A stretch of DNA of 38,331 bases from Octopus bimaculoides (GCF_001194135.2 NC_068985.1:51082150-51120480), one strand, 5' to 3'; positions 24,975 through 36,419 are shown, counted from the first letter of the stretch. Made by a program: numbers and translations. The notes: generated from the letters alone by a model not told the origin.

Positions 24975-25228
24975 ATGTGCAAGTGGCTGAGCACTCCACA
25001 GACATGCGTACCCTTTATGTAGTTCTCAGAGAGATTCAGCATAACACAAAATGTGACAAAGCCCAGCCCTTTGAAATACAGGTACTACTCATTTTTGCCA
25101 GTTGAGTGGACTGGAACAACGTGAAATAAAGTGTCTTGCTCAACAACATGATACACCACCAAGAATCAAACTCATGACCTTATGAACGTGAGTGGATTAC
25201 TGTAACCACCAAGCCACATGCCTTCACT
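24975..25228 (-). mobile_element. Family-C SINE
   Basis: Colinear with 14075-14385. Confidence 0.85.
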
Positions 25229-25355
25229 ATTTATTATATGACTTATTCAAAGGAGGAAGAGTAGCATCTATGACACTTTTTAGGCCTCTCGAGACTTATC
25301 AAATGGAATTATCTTCACACCGGTAATCAGACCTGAATGCTTGCAACAGAGTTAC

Positions 25356-25458
25356 CTTTGCCAAAGATCCTCAAGGGCCTGGCAGTGTGGTGTTAAACTA
25401 GGCACTCCATCATGAAGCACCCTAGACAACATGAGTTGCAAGGTACCTTCAGCCAGCC
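25356..25458 (-). CDS. Internal exon of unidentified gene Y (LAEGTLQLMLSRVLHDGVPSLTPHCQALEDLWQ)
   Basis: Acceptor tttccagtattttag, donor AAG|GTAACT. 103 nt with a single open frame, phase 1 to 2, and not repeat-like. Confidence 0.6.
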
Positions 25459-25589
25459 CTAAAATACTGGAAACTGAAGTAATAATTTAAGTAACTTGAA
25501 TCTGTTAAAAGATCTGTCGCAATATATCTGAAGTTAATGAATAAACCACTAAACTTAATTACTGAGAAATATTACCCACAGTTAACATT

Positions 25590-25805
25590 AATTTCAAATT
25601 TTGGCAGATGGCCAAAAGTTTGGCAAGGGAGGTTAAGTCAATTAAATTGATCTCCATGTTTATCTGGTACTTATTTTATCCACTCCAAAAAGATGAAAGG
25701 CAAAGTCGATCCCAGCAAAATTTGAACTTAGAACAAAAAGACAAATGACATACTGCTAAGTAATTTGCCCAGCATGCTAACAATTCTGCCAGCTCACCAC
25801 TTTCA
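25590..25805 (-). mobile_element. Family-B SINE
   Basis: Colinear with 27604-27800. Confidence 0.8.
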
Positions 25806-26535
25806 TTTAAATGAATATTAACATATTTAATGTAGTGAGATTAAAAACCATAATTGGAAATATGAACTACTTAATGTTGTCTTTTCCTCACCATATAGCA
25901 ATTATCTAATTACATTTTCTGATATTCATTAGTTTTTTAGTATTGAATTGTGAAGCCTACAAAGAGACGCTAGTTATACATACAACAGACTTCAACACAG
26001 TTTCTCTTTTATCATATTTCACTCAAAAGTTATTGATAACCCAATGCTATGGTAGAAGATATATGGTCAAAATGTTATGCAGTGGGACTGAACTTGAAAC
26101 CACATGGCTGTGAAACAAATTTCTTAGCCACACTGTCTATTGTCATTGATAATGTAACTGAAGCTACAAACAGTTGACATTACATGGGTAATAATCAACA
26201 TTTTACATCACAAACTTCTAATTACTATAATTATCATTCTGACAAAATACGCAGGTATCCTGACTACACATTATAGAAAACAACATTGAGCCAATGACAA
26301 GAACTGTAAATGTAGACACTTGACCTACTAAAAAACATCAAAAAACAGTGTCATTTCAGAGATTAGTGTTTCAAATCTTTTACCATTTTAACAAATTAAT
26401 AAACCTTCAGTGACCCTTTTTGTAAAGACTATTTCTATAGGGCACACTTAATATTTCATACTTTAGAAGAGAAATATTCCCTTTTCTTTTTTTTCCAGCA
26501 AATTTTGTCTTGTGGCCTTTATGCTTATACCTTAC

Positions 26536-26576
26536 TGTATAACATATTCCTTAACACTTCACATTTTACTATATTC
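26536..26576 (-). CDS. Internal exon of gene Y (NIVKCEVLRNMLY)
   Basis: Acceptor attatcttttactttag, donor ACA|GTAAGG. 41 nt, phase 2 to 1, compatible with both neighbours. Confidence 0.5.
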
Positions 26577-27543
26577 CTAAAGTAAAAGATAATGTCTCTG
26601 CAACTTTTTCAGAATTATCATTTGATAACCTCACAAATACACAAACTCCTGTGTTACAAGGTCATTTCATATCCAGAATCTCTAGTGATGATATCTGGGG
26701 AACAGTGTTTGCTACTTTACTTGCTTATCCAAAGGGCAAATGATAGTACTAGCTTATCATTTGCTCTAAACTAGAGTTCAGCAAACTGTACTCTATGTAG
26801 CTTCATCGTTTCTGAGATAAGTCCCATACTTTTGGCTCAGTATTAAATTGTGTTTTCCATGAAAGATTTTGTGCTCTATGTAAAAGTTTCAGACGTTATA
26901 CCATGACCTCAAGAATTACTGCCCAAGATAGATTTTGGCTTAAGGAAACATGCAATGGTCAGAGCTGGAACTCCTTGTACCATAGATCTGCCTGATCAGG
27001 TTTGACCTGGATCTTAATGCTTTTGTTACCAATATTTCTGTTGAAATACTCTGCCTTTCTTTCAATTAATTTCAAAAATAAATTTATCATTATTCACTGG
27101 TATTTGGAACATCAATTAACATGAAATTTTGCTAGGTTTTAATTTAAATCACTTTCAAACTAGAAGTTTGTAATATAGAAAGCTAGTCTATCAAAAAGGG
27201 CTTAAAGAAAAAAAGGTTGTGCAAGATTCATGAATGAAATGTCTTTTCCACACTTAATGCCAAGAGCTACACTTTTTAATTGAAACTTCTTGACGTCAAC
27301 TTTTAGAAGCCAGAGCAATCTTGATGAAGATGCAGTTTCCAACAGAATTCAAAAGTTTTAAGAATGAAATTTGTCACTTTGTTTTAATTTTTAGTTTTCT
27401 TTTTACATGACTTAAAAAAAGGGGTAGCACCTGCTACCCTTTTCTGGGCTTATGTGGATGGTGGTAGGAAGTTATCCTCAATATGGTAGAGAGACCTAGA
27501 TAAAATGCTTGGAACAGAGTGAACTCCACTAAAGACACAAGTT

Positions 27544-27814
27544 AACTAGATAGTGATGTTCTTTTCTACTGATGGATCTGCTAGAACAGTGTTTCACAAA
27601 GCACAAGGCCTGAAATTTTGGGGGAGGGGGCCAGTCGATTAGATCAACTCCAGTACACAACTGGTACTTAATTTATTGACCCCGAAAGGATGAAAGGCAA
27701 AGTTGACCACAGCGGAATTTGAACTCAGAACATAAAGACAGACAAAATACCACTAAGCATTTAACCCGGCATGCTAATATTTCTGCCAGCTCACCACCTG
27801 AACTAGATAGTGAT
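27544..27814 (-). mobile_element. Family-B SINE with 14-bp TSD and an extra templated segment in its 3' end
   Basis: Direct repeat AACTAGATAGTGAT at 27544-27557 and 27801-27814. tRNA-like head at the right end. The extra 34 bp at 27570-27603 is the reverse complement of 28260-28293. Confidence 0.92.
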
Positions 27815-28537
27815 ATTAAACCACATATTGAATTAAGTGAACCACCCAAAATTTAGGAAGTCTTTCCAACAGGCTTTCGTATAGTTTCCATCAATCTGAC
27901 CAGAGGCTATTACGACACTGGTCCAAAGTGTCAAACACAAAAGTACATTACTTGCAAACTGAAATTCCTAACCTTACAACCATGACTCTTCCACACAGCT
28001 GCACTAAATTATAGATCAGCTCCTTGGGTTGGTTTTTGAGACTTGTATATTTAATAAGGCACAGCTATTTATGTTTACTGTAGAGCCAAGTCAGTTCTGA
28101 TCAAGTAGACATATGATCAAAGGATTCTGATTATGACCATTCTATCTTTGTTTCAGACATTCCGTACCCTGGACTGCATCATCAAATATGACCTTTTATT
28201 ATGTTAAGACAGCCTCAAGTCAACCAAACCTACTTAAATAAAACTTTCTACTGACAACCTGCTTTGTGAAACACTGTTCTAGCAGATCCATCAATGATTT
28301 GTGCAGGCACCTCTATGAAAACTAAAAACACAATTCTAGTTCCTAACATGGCTTTCATGCTGATATTTTAATGTGGCATAGGCAGATGAATGAATGGTAG
28401 TAGCATAACAGTATGTTCAATGTTGGTGTGACCACATGACAGACAGAACATATGCACAAACAGTTTCAAAAAATTTGACACAAACAGAAAATACGCATAT
28501 ACATGTAAAACAAAATGTAATTTCAACATTGACTCAC

Positions 28538-28571
28538 TGCCTCAAGTTAAGGATAGAGTGACTAATGTAAT
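28538..28571 (-). CDS. Internal exon of gene Y (YISHSILNLR)
   Basis: Acceptor (T)n-ccag, donor GCA|GTGAGT. 34 nt with a single open frame, phase 1 to 2. Confidence 0.55.
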
Positions 28572-29276
28572 CTGGAAAAAAAAAAAAAAAAAAATGGATG
28601 GTCATAGATTTTATTTCATTCAGTTTAGGTCAAACACCACCACCAAAAACAACACATCATAAGTCTTGCTCGACATGGATTACAAACCACACAGGCCTTG
28701 AAGAGGAACTTTCTCGAAACCTATCTTAATTGTTAACATAGAGCTGAGAATTCTATCATTTGAAATGTTGGGGATCACATAATAAAACTGAAGTCCATGC
28801 TCCTCAGAAGGACATTAACGAAGTAGGTGAAATTAAGTTTTATAACCTATTGAATTTAATAATAAATTAGTTTCAATTTATTAAAAATTTACTCTCTACT
28901 CAATGGTACTTGCATTAGATGAAGTAAACCGTGATTACTGACCCAGTTTACAAGACCACAGATAATGTGGATGAGAACAAGGCTGTGATAATGATCATTG
29001 CTTGCTTTCTTGTATGTATTGGGCAAGATAAATGAATTGAAATATTAAGCTAGAATTGAAAATTACTGATGAGCCTTTGACAGGGTCCCCCGATCCCTTA
29101 TCTGGTGGTCAATGAGGAAACTTGGGATAGAAGAATGGCNNNNNNNNNNAACAAGGTTTAATCAATATGAATTTAACATATTTAAAGGTATATCATGGCT
29201 TAATGGTAGGTAGACTGACTTTAGATAAAGTTGCTGGGCTGCACAGAAAAAAAAAGGTCATGAATTATCACAACTA

Positions 29277-30888
29277 TACTATTGTATTTAGTAGCAATGT
29301 ATAATATTCTGTTCTTTGTTTGCCAAGTGGAAAGTAGGTATTCGAACTCCATAGCAAGTAAACAGCAAATTAGTTATAAAAATATTTAATAACTCACAAG
29401 AAAAAAAATCCTCCTACTCCAGTAGGCTTGATTTTATTACTTTTTTTGAAAATTATGAATAACTAGTTTAATTGAAAACCAACCCAGCAAGCAGTAACTT
29501 TATATGTTGAGAATATTTTAGTACTTGTATGTATTTAAAATAATAAAGTGTAATGAATGATCATTGACTAGACTAGAGGGTCAGTAAAACGGGTGGATCA
29601 CCGAGTTCTCTGTGGGCCTCAGACCTTTTCTAAAAGGTTTTAAAATTTAAATGTATTTGCAGGGTACTGAGCAACTGACGGCTTTTAGAGTGTCTTATGC
29701 TAGTTTAATTTTTACTTACATAAACATTGTTAATAATGGAAATAGGGAGATACACAGGGTTGTTTTTGTGGGCCATAGGTATATGTAAAAGAAAAAGATT
29801 ATACCTAATATATAACAACCAGTTTGATTAGCTATCCTTTTGTCACAATTTTGTTTCCACAGAGCTACTTGGGACTAGATGACAAAAACAACTGACAGCA
29901 GATGTCAACATATTGATATGGGCAAGGTTAGGATGAATTATATTGAAGTAGCCNNNNNNNNNNNNNNNNNNNNNNNNNNNNNNNNNNNNNNNNNNNNNNN
30001 NNNNNNNNNNNNNNNNNNACAGGATATACCTACTGACTAGAAAGACAATTGTTAAGTGACCAGCATCCAAATTAAATTACTATGTTTGAAAATCTGAATC
30101 AAAGTGATTAATAAGATATATGATAAAGTATTGTAAGATGAAACTAATAAGAAAATGGATGAAACATGCTTGGAAATTGGACACATGTAATCAAATAAGG
30201 TTGGACAGTAACATATTTTATGAAATGATTATCAACAGTTTTGAAAGAGCGAGTAATCTGTAATTACAGCATAAATGAAAATGAGGCCTTGAAATTTTCA
30301 AAGGCTGATCTAGTTAGACTTATTATTTCATCACTGTCACACTGGCCCATTGGAACATGTAACCAATGGTGCTTTTCTTGTTCAAAATTTGCCATATAAA
30401 ATAAAAATAAATTAGAGTTAAAACAGTCAAGCATCTCAACCAAACTGTTAATTAAGCAAGATGAAATCTAAGCATTTTGTAATGACGAAACACTGATGAT
30501 AAAACAGACATTATACACTGCTAGACTCTCCATCAACAAAAAACCATCAGTGTTAATATACATAATATTGTTTACTTTAAAAAATAATAAATTATTTCGA
30601 CAGTTAATAAATAATTATTTATTTGAGTTTGCTACATTATTTCTTTTGTACAGGAAAAACACAAATTTTAAAGAGGGTTTTTAAATTTCATTAATGCATG
30701 TATTTGAACATATAATTCTTTGGACCATTGCTGTAAAATATTATGATGATAATAATGATTAAATGTAGAAAACAAAACAAAACATCTTGGAAGGAGATCT
30801 AGCAAGGAAAATCTAATACATTTTCACTTGCTGGCCATAATTAGCTTACTTCACTGTCATCTCTAATGACATTTAGAATGGTATAAAT
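29277..30888 (+). repeat. Duplicated unique-sequence block, copy A
   Basis: Colinear with 33334-35135, and its middle part recurs at 30899-31411. Confidence 0.95.
29720..29804 (-). CDS. Candidate 85-nt exon (also at 31004-31088 and 33777-33861)
   Basis: Donor TAT|GTAAGT. The acceptor is TAG in copies A/B and CAG in copy C. Two frames are open (YNLFLLHIPMAHKNNPVYLPISIINNVY or IIFFFYIYLWPTKTTLCISLFPLLTMF). Confidence 0.3.
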
Positions 30889-30898
30889 NNNNNNNNNN

Positions 30899-31411
30899 GG
30901 CCTCAGACCTTTTCTAAAAGGTTTTAAAATTTAAATGTATTTGCAGGGTACTGAGCAACTGACGGCTTTTAGAGTGTCTTATGCTAGTTTAATTTTTACT
31001 TACATAAACATTGTTAATAATGGAAATAGGGAGATACACAGGGTTGTTTTTGTGGGCCATAGGTATATGTAAAAGAAAAAGATTATACCTAATATATAAC
31101 AACCAGTTTGATTAGCTATCCTTTTGTCACAATTTTGTTTCCACAGAGCTACTTGGGACTAGATGACAAAAACAACTGACAGCAGATGTCAACATATTGA
31201 TATGGGCAAGGTTAGGATGAATTATATTGAAGTAGCCAGTAAGCATCTTATTAGTAAACAGATGAACTTTACAGGATATACCTACTGACTAGAAAGACAA
31301 TTGTTAAGTGACCAGCATCCAAATTAAATTACTATGTTTGAAAATCTGAATCAAAGTGATTAATAAGATATATGATAAAGTATTGTAAGATGAAACTAAT
31401 AAGAAAATGGA
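30899..31411 (+). repeat. Duplicated block, copy B (apparently identical to 29615-30139)
   Basis: No differences seen. Bounded by N gaps, so probably assembly redundancy. Confidence 0.9.
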
Positions 31412-31529
31412 NNNNNNNNNNNNNNNNNNNNNNNNNNNNNNNNNNNNNNNNNNNNNNNNNNNNNNNNNNNNNNNNNNNNNNNNNNNNNNNNNNNNNNNNN
31501 NNNNNNNNNNNAGAGTTCGGATTCTAGAG

Positions 31530-31547
31530 TTAGGGTTAGGGTTAGGG
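31530..31547 (+). repeat. (TTAGGG)3 within a CpG-rich fragment
   Basis: Directly visible between two gaps. Confidence 0.85.
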
Positions 31548-32052
31548 GATTAATACGATATTCTCCGTTACAGCGCTAACTGTTTTCAACGTCAGTGATT
31601 AGTAGAAATTATCGAAATAAGACAATTTTTTACATGNNNNNNNNNNNNNNNNNNNNNNNNNNNNNNNNNNNNNNNNNNNNNNNNNNNNNNNNNNNNNNNN
31701 NNNNNNNNNNNNNNNNNNNNNNNNCATAAAACATAAATGAAAACTGGTGCCCCCGTTTTGAAATAGATCCAATTATTGTGCTACTGGCACCATTTGGAGA
31801 CAAATGCACGTAAACACCTGTCCTCTTATTTTTACTAGTTTCAGCCATTAGCCTGTGGCCATGCTGGGTCACTCCCTTGAAGAATTTTAGTCAAACGACT
31901 GGACCCCAGTACGTTTTTTTCTTTNNNNNNNNNNNNNNNNNNNNNNNNNNNNNNNNNNNNNNNNNNNNNNNNNNNNNNNNNNNNNNNNNNNNNNNNNNNN
32001 NNNNNNNNNNNNNNNNNNNNNNNNNNNNNNNNNNNNNNNNNNNNNNNNNNNN

Positions 32053-32939
32053 AAGTATCTGGACTGTTGCCATAGTAACGAAGCTAAAGCACGCAGAGTA
32101 AAACTGCATGGCACAGATTGACCTTGAACTCTGCTGGGCATGCGCACTAAGTATTAACGTAGCTCACTTCCGCTGTTTACAGCAGTACTTGGAAGGAATG
32201 TGTGTAGCATGTGATCGCCGCATTGACCATGAATCNNNNNNNNNNATCAAATTTTGTCAAAAGCTTGGCAATACCTGCTCAGAGGCCTATGCAAAGTTGC
32301 AGAAACTATATGGAGAAGTGTGTATGAGCCAAAAAAATGTCAATAGTGACGAAGGTTCTGGGAGACCCACAACCAACANNNNNNNNNNNNNNNNNNNNNN
32401 NNNNNNNNNNNNNNNNNNNNNNNNNNNNNNNNNNNNNNNNNNNNNNNNNNNNNNNNNNNNNNNNNNNNNNNNNNNNNTTAGTTACAGTTCAGTTCAGTCC
32501 ATTATCACTGAAAATTTGGGTATGAGACGCTTGTCTACCAAGTTTGTGCCAAAACTTTTTTCAGCTGACAACTCGCCTACCCATTCAGCACAGCTTGTGC
32601 AGCAGTTTTTGGCAAGGCACATCATTTCCCAGGTCCAACAGCCAGCATATCCCCCAGATCTTGTCCCTTGCGACCTTTTCTTCTTTCCAAAAATCAAATC
32701 CCACTTGAAAGGAAGAAGATTTCAGGACGTCAAAGAAATCAAAATGAATGCGACGAGGCAGCTACCAATTATCCCAGAAAACGAGTTCTAGGAATGCTTT
32801 TATCAATGGAAACATTCTAGGAATGCTTCTATCAATGGATTAAGTGTGTGGCTTCTGAAGGAGATTAAATGCCAAGTTGGTATGTGTTGTAGTTTTGTTT
32901 TTGTAGCACCAGTCTGGATACTTATAGATCAGACCTCGT
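32053..32939 (+). mobile_element. Mariner (Tc1/mariner) transposon with internally deleted transposase
   Basis: N-terminal HTH IKFCQKLGNTCSEAYAKL, G(S)GRP, KFVPK (WVPH-like), DNSPTH and YPPDLVPCD (YSPDLAPxD-like). Right TIR ccagtctggatacttatagatcagacctcg. The left TIR remnant aagtatctggactg abuts a gap. Confidence 0.92.
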
Positions 32940-32944
32940 TTATA

Positions 32945-33110
32945 TGTATACATATATATGTAACAGGTTTCTTTCCGTTTTTGTCTTTCAAATCCACTCT
33001 GAGGCTATAGAAGACAATTGCCCAAGGTGCCTCACAGTGGAACTGAACCTGGAAGCATGTGGTTGAGAAGCAAACTTCTTATTAAACAGCCATGCCTGCA
33101 CCTATAGCCA
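32945..33110 (-). mobile_element. Family-A SINE, 5' half
   Basis: Reverse complement of 13127-13290. Confidence 0.85.
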
Positions 33111-33333
33111 CACTATCTTTGTTTATAAATTATATTGCTGGGTAAATTACAAACAAAAGCAGGCAGAAGATGAAACAAATGAAAACAACAAACAGGATTC
33201 GGGAGATTATGAAAGAAAGGATAATCAATGTTTNNNNNNNNNNNNNNNNNNNNNNNNNNNNNNNNNNNNNNNNNNNNNNNNNNNNNNNNNNNNNNNNNNN
33301 NNNNNNNNNNNNNNNNNNNNNNNNNNNNNNNNN

Positions 33334-35135
33334 TACTATTGTATTTAGTAGCAATGTATAATATTCTGTTCTTTGTTTGCCAAGTGGAAAGTAGGTATTC
33401 GAACTCCATAGCAAGTAAACAGCAAATTAGTTATAAAAATATTTAATAACTCACAAGAAAAAAAATCCTCCTACTCCAGTAGGCTTGATTTTATTACTTT
33501 TTTTGAAAATTATGAATAACTAGTTTAATTGAAAACCAACCCAGCAAGCAGTAACTTTATATGTTGAGAATATTTTAGTACTTGTATGTATTTAAAATAA
33601 TAAAGTGTAATGAATGATCATTGACTAGACTAGAGGGTCAGTAAAACGGGTGGATCACCGAGTTCTCTGTGGGCCTCAGACCTTTTCTAAAAGGTTTTAA
33701 AATTTAAATGTATTTGCAGGGTACTGAGCAACTGACGGCTTTTAGAGTGTCTTATGCTAGTTTAATTTTTACTTACATAAACATTGTTAATAATGGAAAT
33801 AGGGAGATACACAGGGTTGTTTTTGTGGGCCATAGGTATATGTAAAAGAAAAAGATTATACCTGATATATAACAACCAGTTTGATTAGCTTTCCTTTTGT
33901 CACAATTTTGTTTCCATAGAGCTACTTGGGACGAGATGACAAAAACAACTGACAGCAGATGTCAGCATATTGATATGGGCAAGGTTAGGATGAATTATAT
34001 TGAGGTAGCCAGTAAGCATCTTATTAGTAAACAAATGAACTTTACAGGATGTACCTGCTGACTAGAAAGACAATTGTTAAGTGACCAGCATCCAAATTAA
34101 ATTAATATGTTTGAAAATCTGAATCAAAGTGGTTAATAAGATATACGATAAAGTATTGTAAGATGAAACTANNNNNNNNNNNNNNNNNNNNNNNNNNNNN
34201 NNNNNNNNNNNNNNNNNNNNNNNNNNNNNNNNNNNNNNNNNNNNNNNNNNNNNNNNNNNNNNNNNNNNNNNNNNNNNNNNNNNNNNNNNNNNNNNNNNNN
34301 NNNNNNNNNNNNNNNNNNNNNNNNNNNNNNNNNNNNNNNNNNNNNNNNNNNNNNNNNNNNNNNNNNNNNNNNNNNNNNNNNNNNNNNNNNNNNNNNNNNN
34401 NNNNNNNNNNNNNNNNNNNNNNNNNNNNNNNNNNNNNNNNNNNNNNNNNNNNNNNNNNNNNNNNNNNNNNNNNNNNNNNNNNNNNNNNNNNNNNNNNNNN
34501 NNNNNNNNNNNNNNNNNNNNNNNNNNNNNNNNNNNNAAAATGGGGCCTTGAAGTTTTCAAAGGCTGATCTAGTTAGACTTATTAATTTCATTAGTCACAC
34601 TGGCCCATTGGAACATGTAACCAATGGTGCTTTTGTTGTTCAAAATTTTCCATATAAAATTAGAGTTAAAACAGTCAAGCATTTCAACCAAACTGTTAAT
34701 TAAGCAAGATGAAATCTAAACATTTTGTAATGACGAAACACTGATGATAAAACAGACATTATACACTGCCAGAGTCTCCATCAACAAAAAACCATCAGTG
34801 TTAATAAACATAATATTGTTTACTTAAAAAAATAATAGATTATTTCGACAGTTAATAAATAATTATTTATTTGAGTTTGCTACATTATTTCTTTTGTACA
34901 GGAAAAACACAAATTTTAAAGAGGGTTTTTAAATTTCATTAATGCATGTATTTGAACATATAATTCTTTGGACCATTGCTGTAAAATATTATGATGATAA
35001 TAATGATTAAATGTAGAAAACAAAACAAAACATCTTGGAAGGAGATCTAGCAAGGAAAATCTAATACATTTTCACTTGCTGGCCATAATTAGCTTACTTC
35101 ACTGTCATCTCTAATGACATTTAGAATGGTATAAA
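33334..35135 (+). repeat. Duplicated block, copy C (diverged in its central part)
   Basis: Flanks are near-identical to copy A. About 26 substitutions or indels counted by eye in 33860-34850. Confidence 0.95.
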
Positions 35136-35496
35136 TACCACACTCACTATAATTTTCATTTCTTCTCAGTGAAGTTAGGACCTAGTGCCTATCTAAGAAA
35201 CTGATATTATTCAACAGGCACTGGGATAAAACCAGTTACCTGCAACAAAGAGGTAAGCTCCAAGCAAACCATGTTCAATCCCAGGTTATATCCTATAACA
35301 CAATCTTACTTTCCATCCTAAAAAAACAAAAAAGATAAAAACAATTTGGACTAAAACGCAAAGCAAAATGAAATACTTTAAATGGTAGATAACAAATAAC
35401 AAAAAGTTTTGACCTAAAAATTATTTATTTAAAGATTGGATTGGGATCAGATAGGGGAGTTTTGAGAAGTCAAAATGGGGCATTTGACTGAGAGTG

Positions 35497-35690
35497 TCAA
35501 ATTTTCACAGTAAAAGTCACAGGTCGACTGCCTGCTTGAGTAGAGGCTGCAGTACTGCTGCTACCAGCATTTGAACCTTTGTTGCTAAACAGTGCTTTAT
35601 GAATTAGATTCACATCAACTACAGCAGTTGATGAAGTAGAAGAACTCTGTGAGGCTGTTCCACCACGGGTTGATGTACCACTATCCAGTT
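35497..35690 (-). CDS. 3' part of a last coding exon, Ser/Thr/Ala-rich C-terminus (...VDVNLIHKALFSNK...GSRPVTFTVKI*), unidentified gene X
   Basis: About 63 open codons with A/T-ending codon bias, running out of a gap. Stop at 35497-35499 and AATAAA about 70 nt downstream. A minus-strand poly-T tract enters the gap at 36207-36216, as expected for the acceptor. Confidence 0.65.
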
Positions 35691-36419
35691 NNNNNNNNNN
35701 NNNNNNNNNNNNNNNNNNNNNNNNNNNNNNNNNNNNNNNNNNNNNNNNNNNNNNNNNNNNNNNNNNNNNNNNNNNNNNNNNNNNNNNNNNNNNNNNNNNN
35801 NNNNNNNNNNNNNNNNNNNNNNNNNNNNNNNNNNNNNNNNNNNNNNNNNNNNNNNNNNNNNNNNNNNNNNNNNNNNNNNNNNNNNNNNNNNNNNNNNNNN
35901 NNNNNNNNNNNNNNNNNNNNNNNNNNNNNNNNNNNNNNNNNNNNNNNNNNNNNNNNNNNNNNNNNNNNNNNNNNNNNNNNNNNNNNNNNNNNNNNNNNNN
36001 NNNNNNNNNNNNNNNNNNNNNNNNNNNNNNNNNNNNNNNNNNNNNNNNNNNNNNNNNNNNNNNNNNNNNNNNNNNNNNNNNNNNNNNNNNNNNNNNNNNN
36101 NNNNNNNNNNNNNNNNNNNNNNNNNNNNNNNNNNNNNNNNNNNNNNNNNNNNNNNNNNNNNNNNNNNNNNNNNNNNNNNNNNNNNNNNNNNNNNNNNNNN
36201 NNNNNNAAAAAAAAAAGAGTAACATGCCATTAGATCTCCAGTATTCACTTTTAGATCATTTTATAATTAGGAGAGAAGGAAGTATTCTGAGGCTGATGGA
36301 AAGGAGGAAGAAATTCTCAATCTGAGACCTGGCCTGAATGCTTGTTATGGAGTAAACTCTGCTAAAGGAATGCAAGGAGCCAGGTGATGAATTAAGTCCA
36401 CTGCCTAAGTAGGTCACGG

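Noticed and set aside
28260-28322. Candidate exon FIEVPAQIIDGSARTVFHKA
   Set aside because: Weak donor (GTTGTC) and phase-incompatible with the flanking strong exons.
28698-28720. Hammerhead-like TTGAAGA...CGAAAC
   Set aside because: C3 is absent, stem II is poor and stem I cannot form.
29066-29121. Hammerhead-like CTGATGAG...GAAAC
   Set aside because: No 10.1-11.1 pair and no matching stem III or NUH cleavage triplet.
29657-29926. Plus-strand two-exon model (GTEQLTAF...ATWDEMTK)
   Set aside because: Weak donors, and an in-frame TAG in copies A and B.
24800-31000. snoRNA-host interpretation of the short-exon transcript
   Set aside because: I found no C/D box pair with a terminal stem in the introns. 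H/ACA RNAs cannot be excluded by eye.
35170-35252. Plus-strand 83-nt exon-like unit with strong sites
   Set aside because: Stops in all frames and no supporting plus-strand chain.
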